NCBI GenBank assembly: GCA_050633245.1
Contig: JBOEGD010000002.1
Location: forward strand, 87,006 to 151,005
From: Calditrichia bacterium
Lineage (GTDB): Bacteria > Calditrichota > Calditrichia > RBG-13-44-9 > J075
Reading direction: 5' to 3'
DNA length: 64,000 nt
In this document: piece by piece, positions 38,662 to 47,669 of the stretch
How positions within the stretch are numbered: the stretch's first letter is position 1
How the letters are laid out: every line of letters begins with the position of its first letter
The notes under the pieces: model-generated
What the model was told of the DNA's origin: nothing
Seen by the model: the letters and a program-made list of their open reading frames with translations, nothing else
Databases searched by the model: none
Program-made: the position numbers and the translations under genes

Positions 38662-39813
38662 CTAAACAATCGTTTTGATTAATGATAAAAACTCCCGGCC
38701 GTCGTTTTCGACCAAACGCAGATTCTTAACTGCCTTTTCAAAATTCGGATTAATCCGAGTGGCATCGCGAAAGTTATCCAGACCAGCCAGGAAGTAGTGG
38801 CGGCACTGCATTAAGTGAATCAGTGCCAGATAATGCCACAAATCGGCATAGGAAGGATTGTATTCCAGAGCTGAAGCGATCTTTTCTTCATAGCCTTCAA
38901 GAGATTCTGAAGAAAGTTCTTCTTCGCTATAGAAAAGACGCAGGTAGAACTGATAGCCAATCACTTCAGGGGGAACGCGACGGACATAGTTCTTTTCACG
39001 ATGCTCGTGGATCAGGCTAAGCGCTTTATGCATATCATTCTGCAGAAGCGCTTTAGAGATCATAGAGCTTTGCTGACGATCTTCCGCATTTCCGTGCGTA
39101 TGGATCTTCTTCAACATTATTTTTATAAAATCAGTGCTCTTTTTTACTTCTGCCTGTCTTTCCTGGCTCTGTAATAGAGAAACCGTACGCTGCATAAGAG
39201 CTTCTGCAAGATTGAAGAAAGCCTCGATGTAGGACGAATTCTGGTTCAAAGCGAGCTTGAAAAAATCGAAAGCCTTGCGAAAGTTGCGCTTTTCTGTCAT
39301 AATTAGTCCCATCAAATTGTGAACATCGGGATAATCGGACTTGCCTTCCGGCAGTTGCGACAGAATTTCGATTGCCTGCTGATAGCGCTTTTGTAAATAG
39401 TAACAGCGTCCTAAGTAAACATAGCTGCTTTTACGATCCGACTGAAGTTCGATAGCGCGCTTAAAGTGCATCTCAGCCTTATCAAAAATGTGCATGTATA
39501 AAAACACGAGACCAATTTTCTCGTGCGGGGCGGGTTGATTCTCATCAAATACGCGGTCGGAGATTTCAAACAGACTGTCAATTTCTTCGATAATGGCTTG
39601 ATGAAATTGATCAACAATACGACGAAGACGCGCTTCGACGCCTTTTTCTTCTTTTCCATCCCGACGTTCGTAGCGATGATTCTCTACGAATAACAGGCGC
39701 CCCTTCTGGAACACCTCCGTTCGGATGATGCCTTCATCCAGAATTGTTGCCGTCTGGAGATGGAATTCTCTCGAGCCAACCGAGAGATTCTGATTTAAGC
39801 CAATATCTGCCAT
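38662..39813 (-). CDS. Cytoplasmic TPR-repeat protein with small N-terminal alpha/beta domain
   Basis: TPRs (HEKIGLVFL..AEMHFKRAIEL, YPDVHNLMG, YADLWHYLA, INPNFEKAVKNL); no signal peptide; N-terminal GLNQNL....EFHLQT...IRTEVFQKG. Confidence 0.85.
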   Translation of the reverse strand: MADIGLNQNLSVGSREFHLQTATILDEGIIRTEVFQKGRLLFVENHRYERRDGKEEKGVEARLRRIVDQFHQAIIEEIDSLFEISDRVFDENQPAPHEKIGLVFLYMHIFDKAEMHFKRAIELQSDRKSSYVYLGRCYYLQKRYQQAIEILSQLPEGKSDYPDVHNLMGLIMTEKRNFRKAFDFFKLALNQNSSYIEAFFNLAEALMQRTVSLLQSQERQAEVKKSTDFIKIMLKKIHTHGNAEDRQQSSMISKALLQNDMHKALSLIHEHREKNYVRRVPPEVIGYQFYLRLFYSEEELSSESLEGYEEKIASALEYNPSYADLWHYLALIHLMQCRHYFLAGLDNFRDATRINPNFEKAVKNLRLVENDGREFLSLIKTIV

Positions 39814-39979
39814 AGACCAATCTTGTTATAAAGTGTCGCGAATTCGAAGTTAACAGTTGTAAACAAAAGCGATGACGACGAACGATTCGCATTCGCTTGA
39901 CGGAGAAAACTTAGTTGAAAATTAATTTGTGCGAATTGATACATGTCTCATAATAATTATGCCAAAAATAATGCATGTC

Positions 39980-40384
39980 TTACTGATTCTTTCGCCGCGT
40001 CATAACGCTGAAAAAGGCTTCAGCCGCACGGAGGATAGCAAGCCAGTTGCGAACACGGCCGTTTCCATCCGAAGATCGTGCGCGAAAATGCTTTTCAACA
40101 CCAGACAGATCGCCTATTAAATTGCGAACCTGACTAACAGAATCGCTAACGGCTTCAACATGTTTGCGTGCGTTGCCGGTCACCTGAGACACGTCACCGG
40201 AAATGCGATTAGCGTTATCGAGCAGCTGCGGTAATCGCTGGTTTAGCCCGTCGGTAACCTCTTCCATACGGCGCAAGGATTGTCGCAACTGCACAATTGT
40301 TGGAATCATAAACATGACCAGCGCAAACACTGCCAGCGCAATAATCAGAACCGCTACAGCAAGAATTATTTCCCAGGAATCCAT
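39980..40384 (-). CDS. DUF948 (YtxG/YoxC-like) membrane-anchored coiled-coil protein
   Basis: N-terminal TM, then amphipathic helices; adjacent to a YtxH-like gene. Confidence 0.75.
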   Translation of the reverse strand: MDSWEIILAVAVLIIALAVFALVMFMIPTIVQLRQSLRRMEEVTDGLNQRLPQLLDNANRISGDVSQVTGNARKHVEAVSDSVSQVRNLIGDLSGVEKHFRARSSDGNGRVRNWLAILRAAEAFFSVMTRRKNQ

Positions 40385-40413
40385 AGTCGTATACCTCTCT
40401 CAAGTATCGCGGC

Positions 40414-40926
40414 CTAGTCGTCAGACTTTTTAGTTTTGCGCGTGCGCTTTGCTGCCGGCTTCTTCGCCGCAGCCGGTTCTTCTGCACCGTTTTCTGCCGG
40501 AGCGTCATCGCCCTGCTTTTCCTTCAGATAGGCACTTTTGGCTGCTCCTAGAGCATCTTTCAGACGAGATGCACCCTCGGCAACCGTTTTCTTTCCTTCG
40601 CCGGCAACATTACGAAACTTTTCGCCCGTCTCGCGCAGCTTCTCACCCGTTTCGCTGAGATTTTCTTCAAGATCTCCGCGAAAGTGCGAAGCACTGGCTT
40701 CCAGGTCGGCAATACGTGCTTTAGCGGCATCGTAGTTCTCGCGAGCCCTTACAAGCTGATCATCATATTCACGACGCGCGCGGTCGTATAGGTCTCCGGC
40801 TTTTCCACCAAGCTCTTCACGCATTTCTTTCCCACTCTGCGGTGCATACAACAGTGCAGCTACGGCACCAAGTGCACCACCAACAATTAATCCTTTGATA
40901 AACTCTAATGCTCCTCGGTCTGACAT
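40414..40926 (-). CDS. YtxH domain protein
   Basis: F..GLIVGGALGAVAALLYAPQSGKEMREEL signature; Lys/Ala-rich tail. Start moved to MSDRG. Confidence 0.9.
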   Translation of the reverse strand: MSDRGALEFIKGLIVGGALGAVAALLYAPQSGKEMREELGGKAGDLYDRARREYDDQLVRARENYDAAKARIADLEASASHFRGDLEENLSETGEKLRETGEKFRNVAGEGKKTVAEGASRLKDALGAAKSAYLKEKQGDDAPAENGAEEPAAAKKPAAKRTRKTKKSDD

Positions 40927-41081
40927 AAGAACCCCCTGGAATTGATGAGTCATGAATAATGAATTTTGATTCAACTAATATCTATGAATGATGATTGATA
41001 ATTTAACAACTTAAGAGCTCGATTGACAAGATTGAGTAAGATGATCTTCTAAATCATAAATAATAAGTCATCCTTCATCAA

Positions 41082-41987
41082 TCAAAAAACGGGCAAACGC
41101 ACCGCGACTGGGCGATGATCGGATACTTCCGGCTCATAGTTGGTAAACGCTTCATCGATTTTTAGTATCTGAGTAACGTGTGAAGAAAATGTATTGTCAA
41201 TACTGCTTGTTATCATAATATGATCTATTAACGAGCGAAAGCTGCCGCCTATAAAAGTATACTCTGTACTACTTCCGGCAAATGGCTCGGTTAGAAAAAC
41301 GTATTCTGATGGTGAATTCAAAAATGGTAGGAATACGTTGTCGCTTTGTTGATCTTCCAGCTCATCATTCCAGTCGCCGATTAAAACATAGTCCGGATCA
41401 CCACCACTGGCAATCTGATTGCTAATATATTGCTCCATTGAAATAATAGCACCGCGACGTCTGTTTTCTGAACTATCATCCCCCTGAGCCTTCAAATGCA
41501 GCACCATCATTGTAAAATCAATCTGATTTCCATCTTTCTCCGCCAGTAGCTCCACGACATAGGGCGCACGCGGAAAGTTAAACTCGCCGCTAAAGATATA
41601 GCTTTCGCTTTGCAGCGTAACAATCGACTTTTTGTAAATAATTCCCGGCCATAGCGGAAAACCGTTTGTCGCTCCAAATCCCACGCGCCCATCATAATCC
41701 GGCAAACTATCCAGCAAACGAAAGAAGGCATCACTGTCGCGAATTTCCTGAATCGCATAAATATCAGCATCCAGATCGCGAATAATTTCTTTCACGTTAC
41801 CAATGGTAGAATCAGACTTGGGAAACTGCTCAATATTCCAGCTGACAATATCAAGAGTAGACTCTGTTCCAAAGGGATCAACATTTATGCGATCAGCAGG
41901 CGGAAGCATTCGAGATGGCGTACTAACTCGCTGATTACAGGAGGAAGCGAATAGTAACAGGGTAATAATGAGGAGACAACGGCGCAT
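41082..41987 (-). CDS. Endonuclease/exonuclease/phosphatase (DNase I-like) lipoprotein
   Basis: Lipobox ASSC; SWNIE, AIQEI, FPRAP, HLKA, GDWND, IDHI, SDHRPV. Confidence 0.88.
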   Translation of the reverse strand: MRRCLLIITLLLFASSCNQRVSTPSRMLPPADRINVDPFGTESTLDIVSWNIEQFPKSDSTIGNVKEIIRDLDADIYAIQEIRDSDAFFRLLDSLPDYDGRVGFGATNGFPLWPGIIYKKSIVTLQSESYIFSGEFNFPRAPYVVELLAEKDGNQIDFTMMVLHLKAQGDDSSENRRRGAIISMEQYISNQIASGGDPDYVLIGDWNDELEDQQSDNVFLPFLNSPSEYVFLTEPFAGSSTEYTFIGGSFRSLIDHIMITSSIDNTFSSHVTQILKIDEAFTNYEPEVSDHRPVAVRLPVF

Positions 41988-42115
41988 AGAGAAATACCTT
42001 TCTTGCAGCGTGGAAGCGGGAGCGCACGACACATTGGTATCGTTTGCGTAATTTGCGGTGAAAGAGGGGGCAGCGCAATGACAATTATCATTTTACGCTG
42101 CCCTAAATATACAGA

Positions 42116-42529
42116 CTATAACAGTTCGCGACCACCAAAGAAGAAGTTTATTTCGATATCAGCATTTTCATCTGAATCGGAGGCGTGAATTGCATTGTTT
42201 TCGATATTGGTACCAAAGTCCTTACGAATAGTGCCTTCAGCAGCATCAGCAGGATTGGTTGCACCGATAAACTCACGAAATGCCAAGACAGCATTATCTT
42301 TTTCCAGAACCATAGCAACAACAGGGCCGCCGCTCATGTATTCGGTAAGGTCATTGTAAAACGGGCGTTCTTTGTGAACAGCATAGAACGCTTCAGCGTC
42401 CTGCTTGCTTAGGCGAAGCATGCGCATGGCTAAAATTTTGAATCCACCTTTTTCGATGCGATCAGCAATAGCACCAACCTGATTGCGCTCAACGCACTCC
42501 GGCTTAATCATCGTATACGTACGGGACAT
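42116..42529 (-). CDS. ndk: Nucleoside diphosphate kinase
   Basis: TYTMIKP, FYAVHKERPF, GATNP, GTIR, NAIHASDS. Confidence 0.98.
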   Translation of the reverse strand: MSRTYTMIKPECVERNQVGAIADRIEKGGFKILAMRMLRLSKQDAEAFYAVHKERPFYNDLTEYMSGGPVVAMVLEKDNAVLAFREFIGATNPADAAEGTIRKDFGTNIENNAIHASDSDENADIEINFFFGGRELL

Positions 42530-42632
42530 TCTTGGTCTCCTGGTTTAGCGTCGACTATATGACAGTTGTATTCGTTTCATTTTAAACAGCATCAAATATA
42601 ATAGTGAAATTGCCATAATCAAATCCTCCAAT

Positions 42633-42670
42633 AAAAATGATCCTGCCGAAGGTCCGACAGGATCATTTTT
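42633..42670. terminator. Symmetric intrinsic terminator after sucD
   Basis: AAAAATGATCCTG-N12-CAGGATCATTTTT. Confidence 0.85.
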
Positions 42671-42694
42671 AAAGAGTTGATAAGAAAAAGCTAT

Positions 42695-43567
42695 CTAGCT
42701 AATGGCTTTCTTAACGGTGCGCCCAAGATCGGCAGGGCTTTCGCAAACTGTAATACCCGCTGCACGTAACGCCTTCATTTTCTCGGCAGCAGTTCCCTTT
42801 CCGCCACTGATGATAGCGCCGGCATGTCCCATGCGCTTTCCGGGAGGTGCGGTCTGTCCGGCAATAAACGCTACAACCGGCTTGTTGAAGTTTGCCTTCA
42901 CCCATTCGGCTGCTTCTTCTTCTGCTGTTCCACCGATTTCACCGATTACAATTACAGCTTCAGTCTCGTCGTCATCTTTAAAAAGCTTCAGCGCGTCGAT
43001 ATAGCGGGTTCCGATAACCGGGTCGCCACCGATTCCAATACAGGTCGACTGTCCAAGTCCTTCAGTAGTCAACTGATGCACGGCTTCATAGGTAAGCGTT
43101 CCACTACGGCTGATAACGCCAATAGAACCTTCTTTATGAATAAAGGCCGGCATAATTCCCACCTTGCACTTTCCGGGGGAAATAACTCCCGGGCAATTTG
43201 GCCCAATCAGGCGAGTGGGCATATTGCGAAGGCGATCATATACATTCAGCATATCGATTGCGGGAATGCCTTCAGTAATACATACCACTGTTTCAATTCC
43301 GGCATCTGCTGCTTCCAGTATAGCATCGGCGGCAAATGGTGGCGGAACAAAGATCACGGAAACATTTGCCCTGGTTTCTTTTACTGCATCGCGCACTGTG
43401 TTAAATACCGGTACGCTATCCAGCACGGTGTTGCCACCTTTGCCGGGTGTAACACCCGCGACAACCTTGGTGCCATAATCCAGCATCTGTTGGGCATGGA
43501 AAGAGCCTTCCTTGCCGGTAATACCCTGCACACAAACGCGGGTATTCTTATCTACAATCACACTCAT
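42695..43567 (-). CDS. sucD: Succinyl-CoA synthetase alpha subunit
   Basis: [41 protein letters not shown]. Confidence 0.98.
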   Translation of the reverse strand: MSVIVDKNTRVCVQGITGKEGSFHAQQMLDYGTKVVAGVTPGKGGNTVLDSVPVFNTVRDAVKETRANVSVIFVPPPFAADAILEAADAGIETVVCITEGIPAIDMLNVYDRLRNMPTRLIGPNCPGVISPGKCKVGIMPAFIHKEGSIGVISRSGTLTYEAVHQLTTEGLGQSTCIGIGGDPVIGTRYIDALKLFKDDDETEAVIVIGEIGGTAEEEAAEWVKANFNKPVVAFIAGQTAPPGKRMGHAGAIISGGKGTAAEKMKALRAAGITVCESPADLGRTVKKAIS

Positions 43568-43618
43568 GTCTGCTCCTATTTCAAATTTTCATTTTCAAGT
43601 TCATTAGCGATAATGGTT

Positions 43619-44779
43619 TTACTTAATCTGGGCAACTACCTTTTCAGCAGCTTCTTCCAGAGAAGCAGCGACTTCAAAACTCATACCAGAGTTCTTTAGC
43701 AGCTCCCGCGCCTCAATAGCGTTTGTTCCTTCGAGACGCACAACCATAGGCACATTAATATCAATGGATTTTGCAGCTTCAATAATTCCATTGGCTACAC
43801 GGTCGCAGCGAACGATGCCACCAAAGATATTAACCAATACCGCTTTTACGCTGGGATCAGACAGAATGATTTCAAAACCGTTGCGCACTGTTTCTACATT
43901 AGCGCCACCCCCTACATCCAGGAAGTTCGCCGGCATACCGCCAGCGAGCTTAATAATGTCCATTGTTCCCATCGCCAGTCCGGCTCCGTTAACCATACAG
44001 CCGACGTTTCCTTCCAGCTTAATATAATTCAGGTGGAATTCTGAGGCCTTTACTTCCAGCGGATCTTCTTCGCTCACATCACGCATCTCAGCGATATCCT
44101 TGTGGCGATAAAGTGCATTCGAATCAAATCCGATCTTCGCATCCAGAGCCATAACGTCGCCAGACTCGGTAACGACCAGCGGGTTGATTTCCGCCATGGC
44201 AGCATCGGTTGAAACGAAAGCCTTGTACAGACTGAGAATAAACTTGCTTGCGCTGCGAACCTGCGAGCCGGTTAGCCCAAGCTTGAAGGCAATATTACGA
44301 GCCTGAAATGCCTGTAAACCAACGGAGGGTTCTACATATTCTTTGATAATCTTTTCCGGTGTTTCTTCAGCAACGGTCTCAATTTCCACGCCACCCTCGG
44401 TAGATGCCATAATTACCAGCTTGGATTCAGAGCGATCCAGGACGATTCCCAGATAGAGTTCCTGAGCAATATCGACGCCTTCGGCAATCAATACACGGCT
44501 AACATCTTTGCCTTCGGGACCAGTTTGGTGGGTAACCAGATTCATACCAATCATTTTGTCGGCTAACTCGCGAACCTCTTCGGGACTTTTAGCAAGCTTT
44601 ACACCACCACCTTTGCCGCGTCCACCGGCATGAATTTGCGCTTTTACAACAAAGATATCGCCACCCAGCTCCCGAGCGGCTTTTTCAGCTTCATCAGCGG
44701 AAAAAGCTACAATGCCACGCGGTACTGCTACCCCATAGCGCTCCAGAATCTCTTTGGCCTGGTACTCATGAATATTCAT
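43619..44779 (-). CDS. sucC: Succinyl-CoA synthetase beta subunit
   Basis: [52 protein letters not shown]. Confidence 0.98.
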   Translation of the reverse strand: MNIHEYQAKEILERYGVAVPRGIVAFSADEAEKAARELGGDIFVVKAQIHAGGRGKGGGVKLAKSPEEVRELADKMIGMNLVTHQTGPEGKDVSRVLIAEGVDIAQELYLGIVLDRSESKLVIMASTEGGVEIETVAEETPEKIIKEYVEPSVGLQAFQARNIAFKLGLTGSQVRSASKFILSLYKAFVSTDAAMAEINPLVVTESGDVMALDAKIGFDSNALYRHKDIAEMRDVSEEDPLEVKASEFHLNYIKLEGNVGCMVNGAGLAMGTMDIIKLAGGMPANFLDVGGGANVETVRNGFEIILSDPSVKAVLVNIFGGIVRCDRVANGIIEAAKSIDINVPMVVRLEGTNAIEARELLKNSGMSFEVAASLEEAAEKVVAQIK

Positions 44780-44887
44780 AGAGGTTCTCCTGTTAAGTTA
44801 TATACAGTCATCTATATAGTCGAAATTTGTATCGAATCTTCCAATTTAAGAATTTGTCAATGGTTTCTCAACAGAAACCTTAGAAGG

Positions 44888-45838
44888 TTAGTCATTTACA
44901 AGTACGGTTCCCGCTTCTCCACGAACAGCTGCGGCTGAATTTTCGATAGACGTAATAACAACCCGCTTTCCGCCCCCCTGAAGAAAGCGAATAGCTGCAC
45001 GAATTTTCGGCCCCATACTGCCGGCAGGAAAATGCCCTTCATCAAAATAACGCTGCGCCTCACTTACCGTAATCGTTTCCAGCTCCCGCTGATTAGGTTG
45101 ACCAAAGTTGATAGCCACTTTTTCAACGCCTGTCATTATCAGCAAATCTTCAGCGCCAACGTCATTACCCAATACCGCAGATGAAAGATCCTTGTCAATT
45201 ACACCATCTACACCTTCGAGCCAACCATTTTCTTCACGGTACACAGGAATTCCACCACCACCGGCGGCAATAACCACCCTGCCCTGATCCAGCAGCGACT
45301 CTACCAGTTCTTTTTCGATAATCGACAATGGATTGGGAGATGGAACCACGCGACGCCAGCCACGATTCGAATCTTTTTTGATATTCCAATCGCGCTCACT
45401 CATAATCTCTTTAGCGCGTTCTTCCGAATAGAAGGGGCCAACAAATTTAGTAGGATCGGACATGCTCGGATCGTTTTTGTCTACCATAACCTGTGTAAGC
45501 ACACAGGCAACCGAGATCGAGAAACTTCGTTTCAGAAGGACATTCTGTAAACATTGTTCGATCATATAGCCGATTCCCCCTTGCAGATCGGCAACAATAA
45601 CCCCGAGCGGAACCAGCGGCACAATATCTCCGGCGTGTTCGACACGTATAAGGTAGTTACCAACCTGAGGGCCGTTGCCGTGCGTAACGATAACCCGATG
45701 TCCCTGTTCAAGAATATCAGCGACGCCCTCCATACTACTACGCGTGTTCGCAAATTGCTGATGAATACTTCCCTGTTCGCCCTGCTTGTAAATTGCATTC
45801 CCACCCAATGCCACTACCACCGTTTTCTGTGCTGTCAA
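44888..45838 (-). CDS. arcC: Carbamate kinase
   Basis: ALGGNA, THGNGPQVG, PTKFVGPFY, WRRVVPSP, GGGGIPV, VIDKD, GSMGPK; TTG start with SD GGAGG. Confidence 0.96.
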   Translation of the reverse strand: MTAQKTVVVALGGNAIYKQGEQGSIHQQFANTRSSMEGVADILEQGHRVIVTHGNGPQVGNYLIRVEHAGDIVPLVPLGVIVADLQGGIGYMIEQCLQNVLLKRSFSISVACVLTQVMVDKNDPSMSDPTKFVGPFYSEERAKEIMSERDWNIKKDSNRGWRRVVPSPNPLSIIEKELVESLLDQGRVVIAAGGGGIPVYREENGWLEGVDGVIDKDLSSAVLGNDVGAEDLLIMTGVEKVAINFGQPNQRELETITVSEAQRYFDEGHFPAGSMGPKIRAAIRFLQGGGKRVVITSIENSAAAVRGEAGTVLVND

Positions 45839-46013
45839 GGCTCGTCCTCCATAAGTCGTTTAGTTGTATCCCATTGTGAGAGGTCGGAATATATATCGAC
45901 ATTTAGTAAGATAAAATGATATTTATCCTTTCAGGCGCAATCGAAAAAGTAATAGCAAAAACTAGTCGTTCAGGAAAACATTTACCATTCAACGCTATCA
46001 CACAAATTGGGCA

Positions 46014-46109
46014 TACAGGAATGAAAAAACGGGTCGATAATAAACCCTGATGCAATTGTTCAAAAAAGTAATAAAAAAATACTCAATTACTGGCAATTGC
46101 CGTCGATAG
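46014..46109 (+). promoter_or_regulatory. Two tandem sigma28 (FliA)-like promoter motifs
   Basis: TACA-N15-GTCGATAA (46014-46040) and TCAA-N15-GTCGATAG (46083-46109), compared with consensus TAAA-N15-GCCGATAA. Confidence 0.3.
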
Positions 46110-46249
46110 TAGCAATACCGATTAAAGCCCCAGTGATCTATTAAATTTCCAGTTATTTTTTCATGCCTGAGAGCAGTGCGAATGGGATGCGTACACGCGT
46201 CATCAGGTGGGCTTATTATAGGGATTTATACCATAGGGAGGTAGTATCA

Positions 46250-46435
46250 ATGATTTCGTCAGATGAAATGGAATTCGATTATGTTGCGCAGGGAATGTGG
46301 GACGATGCGGATGAATGTCACACGAATGAAGAGTATGATGTTCAGCGTTGTCCAACGTGCGGTTCAACGCTGGTTTCAGATGGAGAACAAGAACGCTGTT
46401 CATTTATTATGTGCGACTTTACTCGACCAAAGTAA
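46250..46435 (+). CDS. Small acidic Zn-ribbon protein (61 aa)
   Basis: Strong SD AGGGAGGT before ATG 46250; CPTCG...CSFIMC; followed by a bidirectional terminator. Confidence 0.65.
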   Translation: MISSDEMEFDYVAQGMWDDADECHTNEEYDVQRCPTCGSTLVSDGEQERCSFIMCDFTRPK

Positions 46436-46451
46436 GCAGAAAACGAATTTT

Positions 46452-46484
46452 AAAGAGGTTGCTCAATTTTGAGCAGCCTCTTTT
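46452..46484. terminator. Bidirectional terminator between the convergent Zn-ribbon and rhodanese genes
   Basis: AAAGAGGTTGCTCAA-TT-TTGAGCAGCCTCTTTT. Confidence 0.85.
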
Positions 46485-46486
46485 GC

Positions 46487-46840
46487 TTAATACTGCCCTA
46501 CCGAGCTATCTACATCATTGGCATATGCGGCAATGCCTCCAGCCATATTCAGCACGTTGCTCCAGCCCTGATTTGAAAGCCAAACCGTTACCTGTGCACT
46601 GCGAATACCATGGTGACACATCACAATAACCGGCGCGTCCTTGCTTAATTCAGCTGGTAAACTATCCGGGCCTTCACTTGCAAGCTTACTCAACGGAACC
46701 TCTATCACTCTGGAATGTTTGATACGTGCGCGACGAAACTCCATTTCCTCTCGCACATCCAGAATCCAAGAAGCTTCGTTTTCCATTTGCAGTGCCGCAT
46801 CAGCGGCACTTATTTCTTCTGCTCCATACGGATTGGGCAT
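46487..46840 (-). CDS. Rhodanese-like sulfurtransferase
   Basis: ILDVRE..E, active-site loop CHHGIRS, LNMAGGI. Start moved to MPNPY to avoid overlap with tpiA. Confidence 0.9.
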   Translation of the reverse strand: MPNPYGAEEISAADAALQMENEASWILDVREEMEFRRARIKHSRVIEVPLSKLASEGPDSLPAELSKDAPVIVMCHHGIRSAQVTVWLSNQGWSNVLNMAGGIAAYANDVDSSVGQY

Positions 46841-46863
46841 CGTCTTTTTCCATTCATCGTGGA

Positions 46864-47634
46864 TCAGGTGATTTTTTCGCTGGCCTGAATAATTTTCCAA
46901 AAGCTTGAGACATCGAGACAGGCTCCGCCAACCAGCGCGCCATCGATATCAGGCTGACTTAGCAAACCGGCGGCATTGTCAGGCTTCACGCTTCCACCAT
47001 AAAGAAGACTGGTTTTCTTACCAACGCCTTCGCCAAAGAGTGCGTCAAGCATTTCACGAATAAACGCATGGACTTCCTGAGCTTGCTCCGGGGTTGCAAC
47101 TTTACCGGTTCCGATGGCCCAAACAGGTTCATAAGCTATTACCAACTGCTTCATATTGGCAGGAGTCAGATTCTTCAGGTCCCATTCTATCTGGTTCAAA
47201 ACGATATCTCGCGTAAGCTTTTGTTTACGATGCTCTAAGGTCTCACCTACGCAGTGAATCACTTTCAGCTTATTATCCAGTGCCAGCTTTATCTTTTTCG
47301 CTAACATTCCGGCATCTTCTTTAAAGAAAGCACGGCGTTCAGAGTGTCCAACCAACGTGTATTTTGCACCGGCATTCTTCACCATCTTGGCTGAGACTTC
47401 ACCGGTTATCGCACCTTCGGCTTCCCAGGCGATGTTCTGAGCACCAGTAAGCAGCTTACTTCCCTTGGCAGATTCAGCGACTTTTGCCAAAGCGGTTGCG
47501 GGTGGACAGATAATAACACGAGTTTGCGCAGGTGGCTTCTTTTCCATCCTGCCAAGTAATTGCTTCGTCAGCCGCACACCTTCCGGAATCGTCTTGTGCA
47601 TCTTCCAGTTTCCGGCTATGATTTTTTGAGCCAT
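46864..47634 (-). CDS. tpiA: Triosephosphate isomerase
   Basis: AGNWKM, GHSERR, AYEPVWAIGTG, YGGSVKP, DGALVGGA. Confidence 0.98.
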   Translation of the reverse strand: MAQKIIAGNWKMHKTIPEGVRLTKQLLGRMEKKPPAQTRVIICPPATALAKVAESAKGSKLLTGAQNIAWEAEGAITGEVSAKMVKNAGAKYTLVGHSERRAFFKEDAGMLAKKIKLALDNKLKVIHCVGETLEHRKQKLTRDIVLNQIEWDLKNLTPANMKQLVIAYEPVWAIGTGKVATPEQAQEVHAFIREMLDALFGEGVGKKTSLLYGGSVKPDNAAGLLSQPDIDGALVGGACLDVSSFWKIIQASEKIT

Positions 47635-47669
47635 TTCTACTCCTTGTAAAATGTCGGTGATACAAATGT

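Noticed and set aside
42824-43699. 291-aa plus-strand ORF, and similar antisense ORFs over kdsD, secA, thiolase, gap and the giant gene
   Set aside because: They fully overlap well-conserved minus-strand genes and have no recognisable motifs or RBS; a codon-bias artefact.
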